From: a virus
Length of the DNA: 64,000 nucleotides
Virus record (IMG/VR): IMGVR_UViG_3300030085_004825
Location: 1 to 64,000 of that record
Strand: one strand, 5' to 3'
The notes below the pieces were generated by a model that did not search any database, had not been told where the DNA came from, and saw nothing but the letters and a program-made list of their open reading frames with translations. Position 1 is the stretch's first letter. The number at the start of each line of letters is the position of its first letter. Made by a program: the position numbers and the translations under genes. Positions 38,653-48,003 of the stretch are shown piece by piece.

Positions 38653-39375
38653 ATGAAAAGTTTAAAACAAACAAACGAAATAAAATTCAGTTCTTATGGT
38701 GTTTGGGAACTTCTTAGAAAAGTTTACCAAGATAAGGAAGAACTTTTACCAAAACTTGGATTTAAAAAATATGAAGATTTTTTAGATTGGATGAAAACAG
38801 GTGATCAAGATACACAAGATGAATTTGAATCTATAGTTGCTAAACATGAAAAAGAAAAAATGACCCCTATGACAGAAAATAAATTAAAACAAACTATAAA
38901 AGAAGAAATTAAACGTATTTTAAGTGAAAATATGTTTAAAAATGGTGATGTTGTTATGTATATGGGAGAAAAACATACTGTTGTTTCTGATGATGGTTTT
39001 ATTATTAAATTAAAATCTAGTAGAGACAATATTGTTAATCTTAATTATACCCAAGCAAAAGAAAAAGTTCGTAAACAAGATGACTTTAAAGAAGGAAAAA
39101 TTAATTTAAATGAGCATGGAGCAGGAAGAACTCCTGAAATTAGAGGTATGGTGAATATGTTATTTAAAGATGAAAGAATGACTAATGCTCCTTTAGCACT
39201 AGTTAAAGCATTAAATCTTTTAGATGATAAAACAGCCCAAGAACTTAACTTTAAAGTAGCAGAATATTTAAAACCTACTTTTAGCTCAGACCCTAATTCT
39301 CCTTCAAACACTGCTGCTATTAAAGCAATGATTGATATGGATAAAGAAAAAGGTAGAAGACCTAGTTTAGACTAA
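38653..39375 (+). CDS. modular probable internal head protein
   Basis: ENKLKQTIKEEIKRILSE and LNE boundaries. Confidence 0.75.
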   Translation: MKSLKQTNEIKFSSYGVWELLRKVYQDKEELLPKLGFKKYEDFLDWMKTGDQDTQDEFESIVAKHEKEKMTPMTENKLKQTIKEEIKRILSENMFKNGDVVMYMGEKHTVVSDDGFIIKLKSSRDNIVNLNYTQAKEKVRKQDDFKEGKINLNEHGAGRTPEIRGMVNMLFKDERMTNAPLALVKALNLLDDKTAQELNFKVAEYLKPTFSSDPNSPSNTAAIKAMIDMDKEKGRRPSLD

Positions 39376-39427
39376 CATACAGACTGATTCATAGCCAGTC
39401 GACTTAAAATAAAAATTTTTTAGAGCT

Positions 39428-39461
39428 GTGGCCTAATCTTTGGATTAGGTCACTTTTTTTT
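39428..39461 (+). terminator. Rho-independent terminator
   Basis: GTGGCCTAATC-TTTG-GATTAGGTCAC followed by T8. Confidence 0.85.
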
Positions 39462-39487
39462 ATATATTTAGCACATAAAATTTACAA

Positions 39488-40843
39488 ATGAATAAAATAG
39501 TAATTGTAGGAGCAGGTGTAGCAGGTATTAATGCTGCAACTAAATTAGTTGATAATGGATATCCTGGTGATAAAATCACTATAATTGACATGGGTAAAGA
39601 CCCATATAATAGATTACCTGAAGAGGTAATGACGGGAATGCTAGGTGCAGGTGGTTGGAGTGATGGTAAATTAACTTACCATACTGAAGTAGGAGGTCAA
39701 TTATCAAAATATTGTGGTAAAGATAAAGCAATGGAATTATTTGATCAAGTTATAGCTAACTTTAAACGATTTCACCCTAAACCAGAAGAAGTACAATGTT
39801 CTGATCCTCAAGCAGAACCTGATTTTATTAAACCATATTTTGGTTTACGCTTATTCCCTGTATGGCATGTTGGAACTGATTATTTACACGAAATAGGTAA
39901 AAATTGGTATGATTATTTAGTTGAAAAGGGTATTAAATTTGTTTGGGAACATAAAGTTTATGACATTAACTTTGATAAACAAGAAGTATCATTAGCAAAT
40001 CATGATTTTGCAGGTGAAATAGAATATGATCATTTAATTTTTGGTGTAGGTAAATCAGGAATTGATTTTGGTAAAAAACTAGCTGAAAAATATAATTTAC
40101 CAACTGAACCTAAAGCAGTACAAATAGGTGTTCGATTTGAAGCACCCCAAAAACATTTCCAAAAATTAATAGATATTAGTTATGATTTTAAATTATATAG
40201 AAAATTTGAAGATAAGGGTGTATCACTACGTTCATTCTGTACAAACAATAACGCCGCTTACGTTGCTGCGGAACATACTTATGGCGATGTAAGTTATAAT
40301 GGACATGCTAAAAAAAATGAAGCATATCGAAATAATATGACTAATTTTGGTATACTAATGGAAATTAGAGGTATAGATAAACCATTTGATTGGTCAAGAG
40401 AGGCAGTTAAAAAATTACAAATTAATGGTGTAGGTACATACTATTCACCAAGTAATAGAACACCATCTAAAACATCAGAAGGTGATTCTGTTAAATGTGT
40501 TAAAGTAGACAACACAGAACCATTATTTGATGCGTTAGGAGAATATGGCAATTATATAGTTGATTTTATTAAAGATATGACAAAAGTATTTCCTACACTT
40601 GGGGATGATTGGGGTATTTATATGCCCGAAGTAAAATATTTGTCACCTGAACCATTAGTAGATTATAATAATCTTAGTTTAACTAAATATTCTAACGTAT
40701 ATTTTGTAGGTGATGCTTTAAGCGCAAGGGGAATTACAGTCTCAGGAGCACAAGGTACTTATGTTGCTGAATCTATATTAATAGATGAAGAAGTAAAAGA
40801 AATGGAAAAAAATTCTTCTGATTTAGAAGATATAGAATTTTAA
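39488..40843 (+). CDS. FAD-dependent oxidoreductase
   Basis: VIVGAGVAG, GAGGWSDGKL, IGVRFE, RSFCTN, YFVGDA..RGI. Confidence 0.9.
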   Translation: MNKIVIVGAGVAGINAATKLVDNGYPGDKITIIDMGKDPYNRLPEEVMTGMLGAGGWSDGKLTYHTEVGGQLSKYCGKDKAMELFDQVIANFKRFHPKPEEVQCSDPQAEPDFIKPYFGLRLFPVWHVGTDYLHEIGKNWYDYLVEKGIKFVWEHKVYDINFDKQEVSLANHDFAGEIEYDHLIFGVGKSGIDFGKKLAEKYNLPTEPKAVQIGVRFEAPQKHFQKLIDISYDFKLYRKFEDKGVSLRSFCTNNNAAYVAAEHTYGDVSYNGHAKKNEAYRNNMTNFGILMEIRGIDKPFDWSREAVKKLQINGVGTYYSPSNRTPSKTSEGDSVKCVKVDNTEPLFDALGEYGNYIVDFIKDMTKVFPTLGDDWGIYMPEVKYLSPEPLVDYNNLSLTKYSNVYFVGDALSARGITVSGAQGTYVAESILIDEEVKEMEKNSSDLEDIEF

Positions 40844-40860
40844 GTAATATTTATTAGAAA

Positions 40861-41079
40861 ATGGCTAAACTAATAGATTTACTAAATGAATCTTTTTATG
40901 ATTCAAATAAATTATATTCTAAACAATATATACTTAATGTTACGGCAAATGCACCACGAAATATTAAGGATGTAGTAAGAAATTTAAAAATTATTGATTG
41001 TGTTGATTCAAACAATAATAAAAAAGAATGTGTAAAAATACCAGAAGTTTTGTATATTTACATTAGTGGTAAATATTAA
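40861..41079 (+). CDS. small probable head protein
   Basis: MAKLIDLLNE start; late motif at 40847-40855. Confidence 0.7.
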   Translation: MAKLIDLLNESFYDSNKLYSKQYILNVTANAPRNIKDVVRNLKIIDCVDSNNNKKECVKIPEVLYIYISGKY

Positions 41080-41091
41080 TTAAATAAAATT

Positions 41092-41622
41092 ATGAAAATA
41101 GGTTTTTGTGGTACAATGAGTGTAGGTAAAACTACATTAGTTAATGAACTAAAAAAATTACCTGAATTTAAGGATTATAAATTTGCTACTGAGCGTAGTG
41201 AGTATTTAAGAGATTTAGGTATTCCTTTAAATACTGACTCTACAATTAAGGGTCAAATAATATTTTTAGCAGAACGATCTTCTGAATTGTTACAAGAAAA
41301 CATTATAACAGATAGAACTATAGTAGATGTTATAGCATTTACAAAATCTGCAAAATCTATTTCTTGGACTCAAGGAAAACAATTTCAAGAATTAGCTAAA
41401 AATTTAATTAATGATTATGATTATTTATTTTATGTTTCTCCTAAAGGTGTAGAATTAGAAGATAATGGAGTTAGAACAATAGATAAAGAATATCGAAAAG
41501 AAATTGATGAATCAATTAAAACCATAATAGGTGATAAATTAGGTAAACACCCTAAATACACAGAAATATCTGGTTCTACTGAAGAAAGAATTAAAAAAAT
41601 TAAACAAGTAATATTTTCTTAA
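41092..41622 (+). CDS. P-loop nucleotide kinase (NadR/Ttd14 AAA_28-like)
   Basis: GTMSVGKTT, ITDRT..D, DNGVR. Confidence 0.82.
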   Translation: MKIGFCGTMSVGKTTLVNELKKLPEFKDYKFATERSEYLRDLGIPLNTDSTIKGQIIFLAERSSELLQENIITDRTIVDVIAFTKSAKSISWTQGKQFQELAKNLINDYDYLFYVSPKGVELEDNGVRTIDKEYRKEIDESIKTIIGDKLGKHPKYTEISGSTEERIKKIKQVIFS

Positions 41623-41650
41623 TATTTATAAATAAATAAAAATATACATA

Positions 41651-42454
41651 ATGAAAAAATCTCGTTTACTTGAAATTATTCGTGAAGAAATTTCCTCAAC
41701 TTTAAGTGAAGTTCCTTTCCCTGATGGACCTCTTGATGTTAAAAATCCTGAAGATATAGCAACTCGCCCTGAAGAGCGTGATGAAAAACCTCTTCAAGAT
41801 GCTATTAAAAGTGCTGTAGATATATTAAAAGCAGAATACCCAAATTTAACTAATGATGATTTAGCTAAATTAATTACTAAAGTTAATTCTGATAAAAATA
41901 GACAAGCTGATAAAGACATCAAACAAAAAACATCAGATGGAGAAACTCTAGAAATAGCAGCGGATTCTCAAATTGGAAAAGATTACAAAGCTGCTTTAAA
42001 TGCTATAGCAGATACTATAGAAGATCAAGCTGAAATATACCAAACAAATAAAATTGATGGTTTAATTAGTCAAAAAGGTGTTGATGCTAAAACAGTAGAG
42101 AGATTAGAAAAATTAAAAGAAAGAGGATATACTTATACTTTAGGATTTCCACAAACTTTAAAAGCAGTTGAAAGGGCAGTAGGTGGAGGTGCAACTAGAA
42201 AACCTTCTAAACCAAAAGCAGAAAAAGCAACAGCAACAGAACCAAAAGCAGAAAAAACAACAGCTTCTGAACCTAAAAATGATAGTTTATCTGATTTAAA
42301 AGATGAAGTAGCTAAAGTTACTACAAATATGAAAGATTTAGCTAAAAAATTCTCAAAAGCTGAAGGAGAAGAAAAAGAAGATTTAAAAAATCAACTTAAA
42401 GATCTAAACAAAAAGAAAAAAGAATTAGAAAAAGAATTAGAAAAACAACTGTAA
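41651..42454 (+). CDS. probable internal head protein
   Basis: MKKSRLLEIIREEI..LSE; PKAEK repeat; late motif at 41622-41630. Confidence 0.75.
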   Translation: MKKSRLLEIIREEISSTLSEVPFPDGPLDVKNPEDIATRPEERDEKPLQDAIKSAVDILKAEYPNLTNDDLAKLITKVNSDKNRQADKDIKQKTSDGETLEIAADSQIGKDYKAALNAIADTIEDQAEIYQTNKIDGLISQKGVDAKTVERLEKLKERGYTYTLGFPQTLKAVERAVGGGATRKPSKPKAEKATATEPKAEKTTASEPKNDSLSDLKDEVAKVTTNMKDLAKKFSKAEGEEKEDLKNQLKDLNKKKKELEKELEKQL

Positions 42455-42467
42455 AAAAGTTTTTTTC

Positions 42468-42827
42468 ATGAATAGGGAAGTTAAATTGAAGTTATGGCAT
42501 ATTTTAATATGTGTAACTGTTTTTATACTTTTATTATATTTTACTATTACTACAATAACATCACCTGTTAAAGTTGGAGATTATACTAAACAAAAGCAAA
42601 AGATAGATAGTTTAAATGTTGTTATACTTGGATTAGAAGATAAACAATTGGAATTAAATAAATCTATTATATACCAACAAAATGAAATTGTTATTTTAAA
42701 TAAACAAATTGATAGTACAAATATAGAAATAGTAAAAGTAAAAGAACATTATGGTAAAAAAATTAAAAATATTACTACTTATACTCCTACTCAACTCGAT
42801 AAGTTTTTCACAGAAAGATACCAATAA
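42468..42827 (+). CDS. TM + coiled-coil protein (spanin-like?)
   Basis: N-terminal TM, periplasmic-type coiled coil. Confidence 0.7.
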   Translation: MNREVKLKLWHILICVTVFILLLYFTITTITSPVKVGDYTKQKQKIDSLNVVILGLEDKQLELNKSIIYQQNEIVILNKQIDSTNIEIVKVKEHYGKKIKNITTYTPTQLDKFFTERYQ

Positions 42828-43179
42828 AATTTGTTTTGATTATAATATTGCTAAAAAAATAGCAGTTGATTTAACTAAAGGTGACTCCGCAATTGCAGAA
42901 CTAACCAAAACCAACCAGTTAATTTTAGAATTAAATGAAAAATCTATTAGACAAGATAGTGTTATAAAAGATTTTGAAACTAAAGATTACAACTATATTC
43001 TTCAAATTGAAAATCATGTTCAAATAAATGAACAAAATTCTTTAATTGTTAAAGGGTTAGAAAAAGATGTTAGTAAATTACAAAAATCAAATAATAGATT
43101 AAAAAAAGGTCTTAAATTTTTAGGTGGAGGTTTTTTGGCTATTTTAACTCCTTTAATTATATTAATAGTACTTAAATAA
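42751..43179 (+). CDS. signal peptide + coiled coil + C-terminal TM protein
   Basis: LLLILLLNSISFS-Q signal; overlaps the previous gene by 77 nt. Confidence 0.7.
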   Translation: MVKKLKILLLILLLNSISFSQKDTNKICFDYNIAKKIAVDLTKGDSAIAELTKTNQLILELNEKSIRQDSVIKDFETKDYNYILQIENHVQINEQNSLIVKGLEKDVSKLQKSNNRLKKGLKFLGGGFLAILTPLIILIVLK

Positions 43180-43180
43180 A

Positions 43181-44764
43181 ATGAGCCAAGATCTTAAACA
43201 GAAAATACGAGAAGAATATGTAAAATGTGCTGCTTCCCCTGCATATTTTATGCGTAAGTATTGTTATATTCAACACCCTAAACGTGGAAGAATTCAATTT
43301 AATTTATACCCTTTTCAAGATAAAGTATTAACTTTATTTCAAGAAAATCCTTATTCTATTGTTTTAAAATCTAGACAGTTAGGTATATCTACTTTGACTG
43401 CAGGTTATTCATTATGGATGATGTTATTTAACCAAGATAAAAATATACTCTGTATAGCAACAAAACAAGAAACTGCTAAAAACATGGTTACTAAGGTTAA
43501 ATTTATGTACGATAATTTACCTTCATGGCTTAAAGAAAAACAAAAACCTTCTGAAGATAATAAATTAACTCTTAGACTAAATAATGGCTCCCAAATAAAA
43601 GCCACTTCAGCAAGTTCAGACGCTGGTCGATCAGAAGCAGTTTCTTTATTAATAATTGATGAGGCAGCTTTTATTAACAACATAGGTGAAATATGGGCTT
43701 CAGCACAACAAACATTAGCAACAGGAGGTGGTTGTATAGCATTATCTACCCCTTATGGTACTGGAAATTGGTTTCATAAAACATGGGTTGCAGCTGAATT
43801 AGGTGATAATAGTTTTTTACCTATTAGGTTACCTTGGGAAGTTCATCCTGAACGAAACCAAGCCTGGAGGGATCAACAAGATGCAGATTTAGGAACAAGA
43901 ATGGCAGCACAAGAATGTGATTGTGATTTTTCTACTTCTGGTGATACTGTTTTTTATGCTGAAAATGTTGATTACTATGAAAAAGAATGTATTAGAGAAC
44001 CATTAGAAAAACGTGGATTAGATAAAAATTTGTGGATATGGGAACCGGTTGATTATTCAAGAGATTATTTAGTTGTAGCTGATGTTGCTCGTGGCGATGG
44101 GAAAGATTACTCAGCGTTTCATGTGTTTGATGTTGAAACATTTACACAAGTTGCTGAATATAAAGGTCAAATGGGTACTAAAGATTTTGGTAATTTATTA
44201 GTTGGTATAGCAACTGAGTACAATAATGCTTTACTTGCACCTGAAAATTCAAGTATAGGATGGTCAACTATTCAAACTATCCTTGATAGAGGTTATCAAA
44301 ATTTGTATCATTCACCTAAAGGTAACAGTATGTCTGTAGATAACTATTTTGATCCTTATATGGATTACAGTAAAATGACACCTGGGTTTACAATGGCTTC
44401 AAATACTAGACCAATAGCAATTGGTAAATTTCAAGAGGCAGTACGAGATCGTGGTGTTATGTTTAGATCTGTGCGACTATTAGAAGAAATGAAAGTATTT
44501 ATATGGAGAAATGGTAGAGCTGAAGCCCAAACAGGGTATAATGATGATTTAGTTTTATCTTTTTCTATAGGCTGTTATTTAAGAGAAACAGCATTTAAGT
44601 TAAGACAACAAGGAATGGATATGGCTAAAAGTATGTTAAATAATGTTAGTAATAACGCTTCACCCTATGCAGGTGGATATTCTAATAATAGTACTTTTAA
44701 AAATCCTTATAAAATAGATAACCCTTACTCAAACGGTCAAGAAGATATTTCTTGGTTATTATAA
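43181..44764 (+). CDS. gp17: terminase large subunit
   Basis: LYPFQ, LKSRQLGIST, LIIDEAAF, STPYG, ADVARG..DYSA, NDDLV. Confidence 0.95.
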   Translation: MSQDLKQKIREEYVKCAASPAYFMRKYCYIQHPKRGRIQFNLYPFQDKVLTLFQENPYSIVLKSRQLGISTLTAGYSLWMMLFNQDKNILCIATKQETAKNMVTKVKFMYDNLPSWLKEKQKPSEDNKLTLRLNNGSQIKATSASSDAGRSEAVSLLIIDEAAFINNIGEIWASAQQTLATGGGCIALSTPYGTGNWFHKTWVAAELGDNSFLPIRLPWEVHPERNQAWRDQQDADLGTRMAAQECDCDFSTSGDTVFYAENVDYYEKECIREPLEKRGLDKNLWIWEPVDYSRDYLVVADVARGDGKDYSAFHVFDVETFTQVAEYKGQMGTKDFGNLLVGIATEYNNALLAPENSSIGWSTIQTILDRGYQNLYHSPKGNSMSVDNYFDPYMDYSKMTPGFTMASNTRPIAIGKFQEAVRDRGVMFRSVRLLEEMKVFIWRNGRAEAQTGYNDDLVLSFSIGCYLRETAFKLRQQGMDMAKSMLNNVSNNASPYAGGYSNNSTFKNPYKIDNPYSNGQEDISWLL

Positions 44765-44776
44765 AAAAATAAAAAA

Positions 44777-46684
44777 ATGGCAGATACTGGATTATTTGGT
44801 AGATTAAAAAGATTATTTTCAACTGATGTAATTATTAGGAATGATGGTGAAGACCAATTAAAAGTAGTTGATATAAATAAAGTTCAAGTTTCAGGTGAAT
44901 ATGAAACAAATGCTTTAATAGATAGATTTAATAGAATTTATACTAATTCTAATACTTCAATTTATGGTTATCAAAGTAGTTTTAACTACTTAATGTTAAG
45001 ACCTCAATTATATTCTGAATATGATGCAATGGATACTGACGCTATTATAGCTTCTGCTTTAGACATTATTTCAGATGAATGTACTTTAAAAAATGATATG
45101 GGGGAAGTACTCCAAATTAAAAGTTCAGATGAAGATGTTCAAAAAATTCTATATAACTTATTTTATGATGTATTAAATATAGAATTTAATTTATGGCCTT
45201 GGATTAGAAATATGTGTAAATATGGGGATTTCTTTTTAAAATTAGAAATTTCTGAAAAATTTGGTGTTTATAATGTTATACCTTACAATGCATTTCATAT
45301 AGAAAGACAGGATGGTTTTGACCCTGATAGACCTGCTGATGTAAGATATAGATTTGATCCAGATGGCATTAACCAAGCATATGGCCAATACTCAGTACCT
45401 ACTTCTAATTATCAAAATAATGATAACGACAAAGCTATCTATTTTGATAACTATGAAGTAGCACACTTTAGGTTACTTTCAGATACTAATTTTTTACCCT
45501 ATGGTAGATCATATTTAGAACCTGGTCGTAAATTATTTAAACAATATACAATGATGGAAGATGCTATGTTAATTCATAGAATCGTCCGTGCTCCTGAAAA
45601 ACGTATATTTTATATTAATGTTGGAAATATTGCACCTGCTGAAGTAGAAAACTTTATGCAAAAGACAATATCAAAAATGAAACGCACCCCTTACATTGAC
45701 CAAGAATCAGGTGATTATAATTTAAAATATAACATGCAAAACTTACTTGAAGATTTTTATATACCAGTAAGAGGCAATGATCAAGCAACTAAAATAGATA
45801 ATTTAGGTGGGTTACAATATGATGGAATTCAAGATGTAGAGTATTTAAGAGATAAATTATTTGCTGCTCTTAAAGTACCTAAAGCATTTATGGGTTATGA
45901 AAAGGATTTAACTGGTAAAGCTACATTAGCAGCTGAAGATATTAGGTTTGCTCGTACAATTGAACGTATACAAAGAATTATAGTTTCTGAACTTAATAAA
46001 ATTGCTTTGGTTCATTTGTATGCTCAAGGTTATAAAGATGATGCTTTAGTAAATTTTGAACTTTCATTAACTAACCCTTCTGTAATTTATGATCAAGAAA
46101 GAGTAGCTTTAATGAGGGATAAAGTAGATTTAGCTAACTCAATAGTAGAAAATAAGTTAATGCCTACTGATTTTATTTATGAACATATATTCCATTTAAG
46201 TGAAGATGAATATGAAGAATATCGTTCTTTAAATGTACAAGATGCTAAACGTAAATTTAGATTAGCTCAAATTGAAAATGAAGGTAATGATCCTCGTGAA
46301 ACAGGAAAATCTTATGGAACACCTCATGATTTAGCTTCATTGTATGGCAGAAATAGGTATGATGGTGGAGAAGTACCTGAAGGGTATGATGAAGATAAAG
46401 AAGCGTTAGGGAGACCAAAAGAAAAAACGTCTAATAGAAATACACAAGATAATGCTTTTGGTAAAGATAGAATAGGAGCTATTGGAATGAAAAAAGATAA
46501 TGATGAATCTGATTCAATAAAGCCTAACTATAAAGGTGGATCTCCTTTAGCTTTAGAAACAAAAAAGAAACGAAATAAAAATCTTAAAATGTTTAATGAC
46601 ATCAAAAACCAGAAAAAACAAATGATATTTGAAAAAGAAATTAAAGGAAATTCATTATTAGATGAAAATCAAATAAAACAATAA
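44777..46684 (+). CDS. gp20: portal protein
   Basis: EDAMLIHRIVRAPEKRIFYINVGN, EDFYIPVRG, DVEYLRDKLFAALKVP. Confidence 0.95.
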   Translation: MADTGLFGRLKRLFSTDVIIRNDGEDQLKVVDINKVQVSGEYETNALIDRFNRIYTNSNTSIYGYQSSFNYLMLRPQLYSEYDAMDTDAIIASALDIISDECTLKNDMGEVLQIKSSDEDVQKILYNLFYDVLNIEFNLWPWIRNMCKYGDFFLKLEISEKFGVYNVIPYNAFHIERQDGFDPDRPADVRYRFDPDGINQAYGQYSVPTSNYQNNDNDKAIYFDNYEVAHFRLLSDTNFLPYGRSYLEPGRKLFKQYTMMEDAMLIHRIVRAPEKRIFYINVGNIAPAEVENFMQKTISKMKRTPYIDQESGDYNLKYNMQNLLEDFYIPVRGNDQATKIDNLGGLQYDGIQDVEYLRDKLFAALKVPKAFMGYEKDLTGKATLAAEDIRFARTIERIQRIIVSELNKIALVHLYAQGYKDDALVNFELSLTNPSVIYDQERVALMRDKVDLANSIVENKLMPTDFIYEHIFHLSEDEYEEYRSLNVQDAKRKFRLAQIENEGNDPRETGKSYGTPHDLASLYGRNRYDGGEVPEGYDEDKEALGRPKEKTSNRNTQDNAFGKDRIGAIGMKKDNDESDSIKPNYKGGSPLALETKKKRNKNLKMFNDIKNQKKQMIFEKEIKGNSLLDENQIKQ

Positions 46685-46724
46685 TAAATTTTTATATATT
46701 TATAAATAAATAAACTTATTAAGA

Positions 46725-47579
46725 ATGCAAATTAAACATTCAAAGTATAAAAACACAGGTATTTTATTTGAATTATTAGTACGTCAAATTACAACGGATA
46801 CTTTAGAAAATAAAACTTCACCTGCTAAAGATATATTACAAAAATATTTTGTAAAATCTGAATTAGGAAGAGAATATAGACTATATGAATCTCTTTTAAA
46901 AAAAACCTCATTAACTGAAGCTAAAGCCTCTATTACAGTTTCTACTTTAGTTGAATCATCTAAATCATTAAATAGAGGAGCTATTAAAAGACAAAAATAC
47001 AATCTTATTAATGAAATTAAAAAACATTATGATTTAACACACTTTTTTAATCATAAACTTCCTAATTATAAGCCTTTTGCTGCATTTTATACTTTACTAG
47101 AATTAAATAATTCTACCACCCCAAACCCAGAACAATTAATTCAAAATAAAATTACTATTTTAGAACATTTAACTGTTGCTTCTATTAAAGAAAGTAAAGT
47201 TAGAGATGAGGTAATGGATGAAGTAAATAAATCTGATAAAGATACTAAACTTCTTACTTATAAAATTTTAATGGAAAAATTTAATGGTAAGTACGATAAT
47301 TTAGCATCAAAACAGAAATTAATTCTTAAAGAATATATTAACTCAATTGATAATGCTCCTCGTTTAAAAAGATTTTATACAGATAAAATATATGAAATTA
47401 AAAAGGAATTATTAGATTTAAATAAAGGTACTAAAAATAAAGTTACTAAAATAAAAATTGCTGAAGTTGTTTCTTTAATTAAGGTTCCATCTAAAAACTA
47501 TAAACTTAAAGATAAAGATTTAGTTGATTTATTGCAATATTGTGATTTAATAGACGAATTAGAAACAGCTAATGGATAG
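46725..47579 (+). CDS. conserved hypothetical head-module protein
   Basis: 284 aa after portal; late motif at 46696-46704. Confidence 0.8.
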   Translation: MQIKHSKYKNTGILFELLVRQITTDTLENKTSPAKDILQKYFVKSELGREYRLYESLLKKTSLTEAKASITVSTLVESSKSLNRGAIKRQKYNLINEIKKHYDLTHFFNHKLPNYKPFAAFYTLLELNNSTTPNPEQLIQNKITILEHLTVASIKESKVRDEVMDEVNKSDKDTKLLTYKILMEKFNGKYDNLASKQKLILKEYINSIDNAPRLKRFYTDKIYEIKKELLDLNKGTKNKVTKIKIAEVVSLIKVPSKNYKLKDKDLVDLLQYCDLIDELETANG

Positions 47580-48003
47580 AATTAAAGAAATAGTAAGAAA
47601 AAAATTAAAAGAAATGTCCGCTACTAACCAAAGTGGCGCTTCTTTTACCCCAGGTGAAGGGGCTAACTATGCTACTCCAACAGTTTTTAATAAAAATAAA
47701 AACGCTAAAGGAGCTAAAAATATTTATTATTATAAATTAGGATTTAAAAATGTTCCTAATATAAAACCTAAATCATACGACAAGAAAAAATTATGGGAAA
47801 TGAATGATTTCCAAAAACAACGTATAGCTGGGTTAGATGAAATTGAAAAATTAATGAATGAAATAACACCATTAGTTTCTAATGCAAAAAATGATACAAT
47901 TGAATTATATGGTGGAAACGTTGGTTCATATGATATCACACAACCAATAGAAATAGTTAAAAGCTATTTAAAAGAAATAAAAGAACTACTAACAGAAAAA
48001 TAA
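47572..48003 (+). CDS. probable prohead core/internal protein
   Basis: MDRIKEIVRKKLKE start. Confidence 0.75.
   Translation: MDRIKEIVRKKLKEMSATNQSGASFTPGEGANYATPTVFNKNKNAKGAKNIYYYKLGFKNVPNIKPKSYDKKKLWEMNDFQKQRIAGLDEIEKLMNEITPLVSNAKNDTIELYGGNVGSYDITQPIEIVKSYLKEIKELLTEK

Noticed and set aside
43181-46684. Inteins or introns in terminase or portal
   Set aside because: Lengths are normal, motifs are contiguous, and no intein splice motifs or LAGLIDADG were seen
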